A stretch of 64,000 nucleotides of DNA from a bacterium (lineage in GTDB: Bacteria > Hinthialibacterota > Hinthialibacteria > Hinthialibacterales > Hinthialibacteraceae), in contig CAXXSM010000053.1 in assembly GCA_963663405.2 (NCBI GenBank), positions 160,001-224,000 of the forward strand, given 5' to 3'. The position numbers and the translations under genes were made by a program. Position 1 is the first letter of the stretch, and the number at the start of each line of letters is the position of its first letter. Below the pieces are notes generated by a model. It did not search any database, had not been told where the DNA came from, and saw only the letters and a program-made list of their open reading frames with translations. Of the stretch, positions 62,117 through 64,000 are shown piece by piece.

Positions 62117-63187
62117 TTAGAAGTAGCCTTGTTCGATGAGGTATTCCGCCGCGAGGAGTTCGCCTTTGGCGGCGCCGCGTTTGGTGTTGTGGGACAGGGC
62201 GCAGTATTTTAAACCGTTCTTACCGAACACTTCATCCGGCCGGATTCGTCCAACGACTGTTGACATTCCCCCGCCGAGTTCACGGTCGAGTCGAGGCTGG
62301 GGCCGGTTGTCTTCCTCTTTGACCACGATGGTTTCTTCCGGCGCGGAAGGCAGATGGCCGAAGGCTTTTTTGCATTCCGCGTTGTACTCAGCAATCACTT
62401 TTTTATAGTCGTCCGGCGTACAGGGTTTTTCCGTTTCCACAAAAATGGAGAGGAAATGGCCGTCGAGTGTGGGGACGCGGGTGCAGGTGCAGCTGACGGG
62501 GATATTCGCGTTGACCACGTTTCCATTTACAAACTTGCCCAATGTTTTTACGGTTTCGAGAACGACTTTGCCTTCTTCTTTTGCGATGAAGGGATAAACG
62601 TTGTCAACAATGTCCATCGCCGAGTGGCCGGGATAACCCGCGCCGGAGAGGGCCTGAAGTGAGGTCATGAAGACGCTCTTGATTCCGAAATTTTCCATGA
62701 TGGGTTTAAGGGAGATGATGAGTCCCATCGTTGTGCAGTTGGGGCCGGGCACGACGAAGCCTTTCCAGCCGCGCTCTTTCTGCTGGGTTTTGATGAGGGG
62801 GCTGTGTTCCGCGTTGACTTCCGGAACGAGGACTGGGACGTCGTCTTGATAGCGAAACGCGGAAGCGGTGCTGATTACGGGTTTCAATGCGGCGCAGCGG
62901 CCTTCGATTTCGCCCGCCGTGTCGGAGGGCAGCGCGGAGAAGACGACATCGTATTTGTCGAGTTCATTCACGGCTTCAAGGGTGTTTTTAACACCCATTT
63001 GGGCGATGTCCTGGCTGAGGGGTTCGGGGCTGTGCCAGACCGCCGCTGTTCCATACGATTTCCCGGCGGACCGCTCTGAGGCGTATAGTCCAGTAATCTC
63101 AAACCAGGGATGCCCGACAAGGGCTTCGATAAATTGTTGACCCGCAACGCCGGTCGCTCCTAGAATCGCCGCTTTTTTCTTTTGCAT
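62117..63187 (-). CDS. asd: Aspartate-semialdehyde dehydrogenase (archaeal/fungal-type)
   Basis: LGATGVAGQ, VPEVNAEH, PNCTT, QALSGAGYPG, C.RVPTLDGH, RPQPRLDR, HNT.RGAA. Confidence 0.92.
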   Translation of the reverse strand: MQKKKAAILGATGVAGQQFIEALVGHPWFEITGLYASERSAGKSYGTAAVWHSPEPLSQDIAQMGVKNTLEAVNELDKYDVVFSALPSDTAGEIEGRCAALKPVISTASAFRYQDDVPVLVPEVNAEHSPLIKTQQKERGWKGFVVPGPNCTTMGLIISLKPIMENFGIKSVFMTSLQALSGAGYPGHSAMDIVDNVYPFIAKEEGKVVLETVKTLGKFVNGNVVNANIPVSCTCTRVPTLDGHFLSIFVETEKPCTPDDYKKVIAEYNAECKKAFGHLPSAPEETIVVKEEDNRPQPRLDRELGGGMSTVVGRIRPDEVFGKNGLKYCALSHNTKRGAAKGELLAAEYLIEQGYF

Positions 63188-63582
63188 GATTCGTTTCGCT
63201 CCATTCCCAAATCGGTGTCCGATTTATGGATCTTGTCTGTAAAATAGCTAAATATGATAACCGCCTTCATCCATTCCATGAAGAGAAACGATTGTAAGAT
63301 TCATTTTTTTTTCTATTATTTTTTTTATGTTGGGCGCCCAACGTTCTTCTTAGGGGCTTTTTATATCCTTGTTCGCGTTGGCTGTTACTTTCTTTGACCC
63401 ATGAATAGCGATGGACCGTGGCTTTATTCCCAGGAACACTGCCGATTCGCCTGGATCCCTTGTTTCCGCCTCGCCAGCGAAACGTGGGATCGACGGCTCT
63501 TTTCACAGCGCTTCTTTGATGCTGCCGGCCGCGGCTAGCACGCGGCGTCCCCTACTAATATAAATTAGGCCGCAAAATTGGG

Positions 63583-63843
63583 GAGTTATGGATTGGATGT
63601 GGGGGGGGAGGAGAGGGGTGGTGTTATGGGTTTTGTGGATGTTGTGATGGGCTGCGCTTCGTATTTTGCCTACCGGGCTTGATAGTTCTGCTCATCAATG
63701 CCAGGGCAGAAAAAAGCCTTGCCCTGGGTACCCAGTTATGGGTTGGTTTTTGTGTATACGGAGGGGGGGAAGGAGAGCGGTGGTGTTGTGGGTTTGGTGG
63801 ATGTAGTGATGGGCTACGCTTCGCTTTTAGCCCATCCTACCGG
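63583..63843. repeat. Mosaic repeat cluster: two diverged G-rich units each ending in a REP, separated by family B copy 5
   Basis: Units about 63583-63676 and 63733-63843 share agttatgg.ttgg...gggggg.aggagag.ggtggtgtt.tgggttt.gtggatgt.gtgatgggct.cgcttcg. REP at 63808-63840; family B at 63700-63733. Confidence 0.8.
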
Positions 63844-63844
63844 A

Positions 63845-64000
63845 TTACCGAGTTGGAGGTTTTGTTTTTATCTCTTCGATCGACCAGTTTATCTTTGTGT
63901 TTATTCTACCGCGCCTGGAGATCGGCGATAATTTCCATCATGTTGTGATGGTGTTTTTCGGTATACGAATCCCGGATTCGCCATACCTCTTGTATGATTT
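63845..64000 (-). pseudogene. Small helical protein of the type usually found next to PIN-domain toxin genes, 5' partial, premature stop
   Basis: Reads IIQEVWRIRDSYTEKHHHNMMEIIADLQAR*NKHKDKLVDRR, with TAG at 63906-63908. Family recognition is from memory. Confidence 0.5.

Noticed and set aside
63188-63560. Lysine riboswitch or real CDS (ORF 63267..63506) upstream of asd
   Set aside because: No lysine riboswitch motifs. The ORF lacks an RBS, has low-complexity composition and lies between degenerate REP-like ends.
1-64000. CRISPR array, tRNA, rRNA
   Set aside because: No regularly spaced direct repeats with unique spacers and no cloverleaf or rRNA signatures seen by eye. The repeats present are dispersed palindromes.

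Overview
Bacterial chromosomal DNA of about 50% GC from a diderm organism rich in secreted, carbohydrate-active and poorly characterised proteins. The gene content resembles Planctomycetes-like or candidate-phylum bacteria, but the taxon cannot be fixed from this window. About 35 protein genes are present. They include a giant FG-GAP/Ig/beta-helix surface protein running off the left edge, glycoside hydrolase-like proteins, sialidase/BNR and FGE-sulfatase proteins, two transglutaminase-like proteins, an aminotransferase/omega-amidase pair, pruA, a cysteine desulfidase-like gene, a Gfo/Idh/MocA-DUF6807-SSS-dehydrogenase operon, metB, ZntB, an MscK-like channel and asd. No rRNA, tRNA or CRISPR array was seen. 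Accessory structure: (1) a low-GC scar at about 4.0-7.6 kb holding a decayed DUF1998-helicase + SNF2-helicase (DISARM-like) locus and IS remnants; (2) an intact 2331-bp two-ORF IS with 18-bp terminal inverted repeats, a 5-bp target duplication and an A8 -1 frameshift site, which splits a PL26/YetA-like gene and borrows the last base of its stop codon from the target; (3) at least four families of short intergenic palindromes, one showing compensatory base changes and one carrying a nested insert at mirror-equivalent sites. Five otherwise intact genes carry single frameshifts, four of them in homopolymer runs, most likely assembly errors. No single novel protein system can be proven from sequence alone; the layered palindromic repeats and the IS are the best-supported unusual observations.
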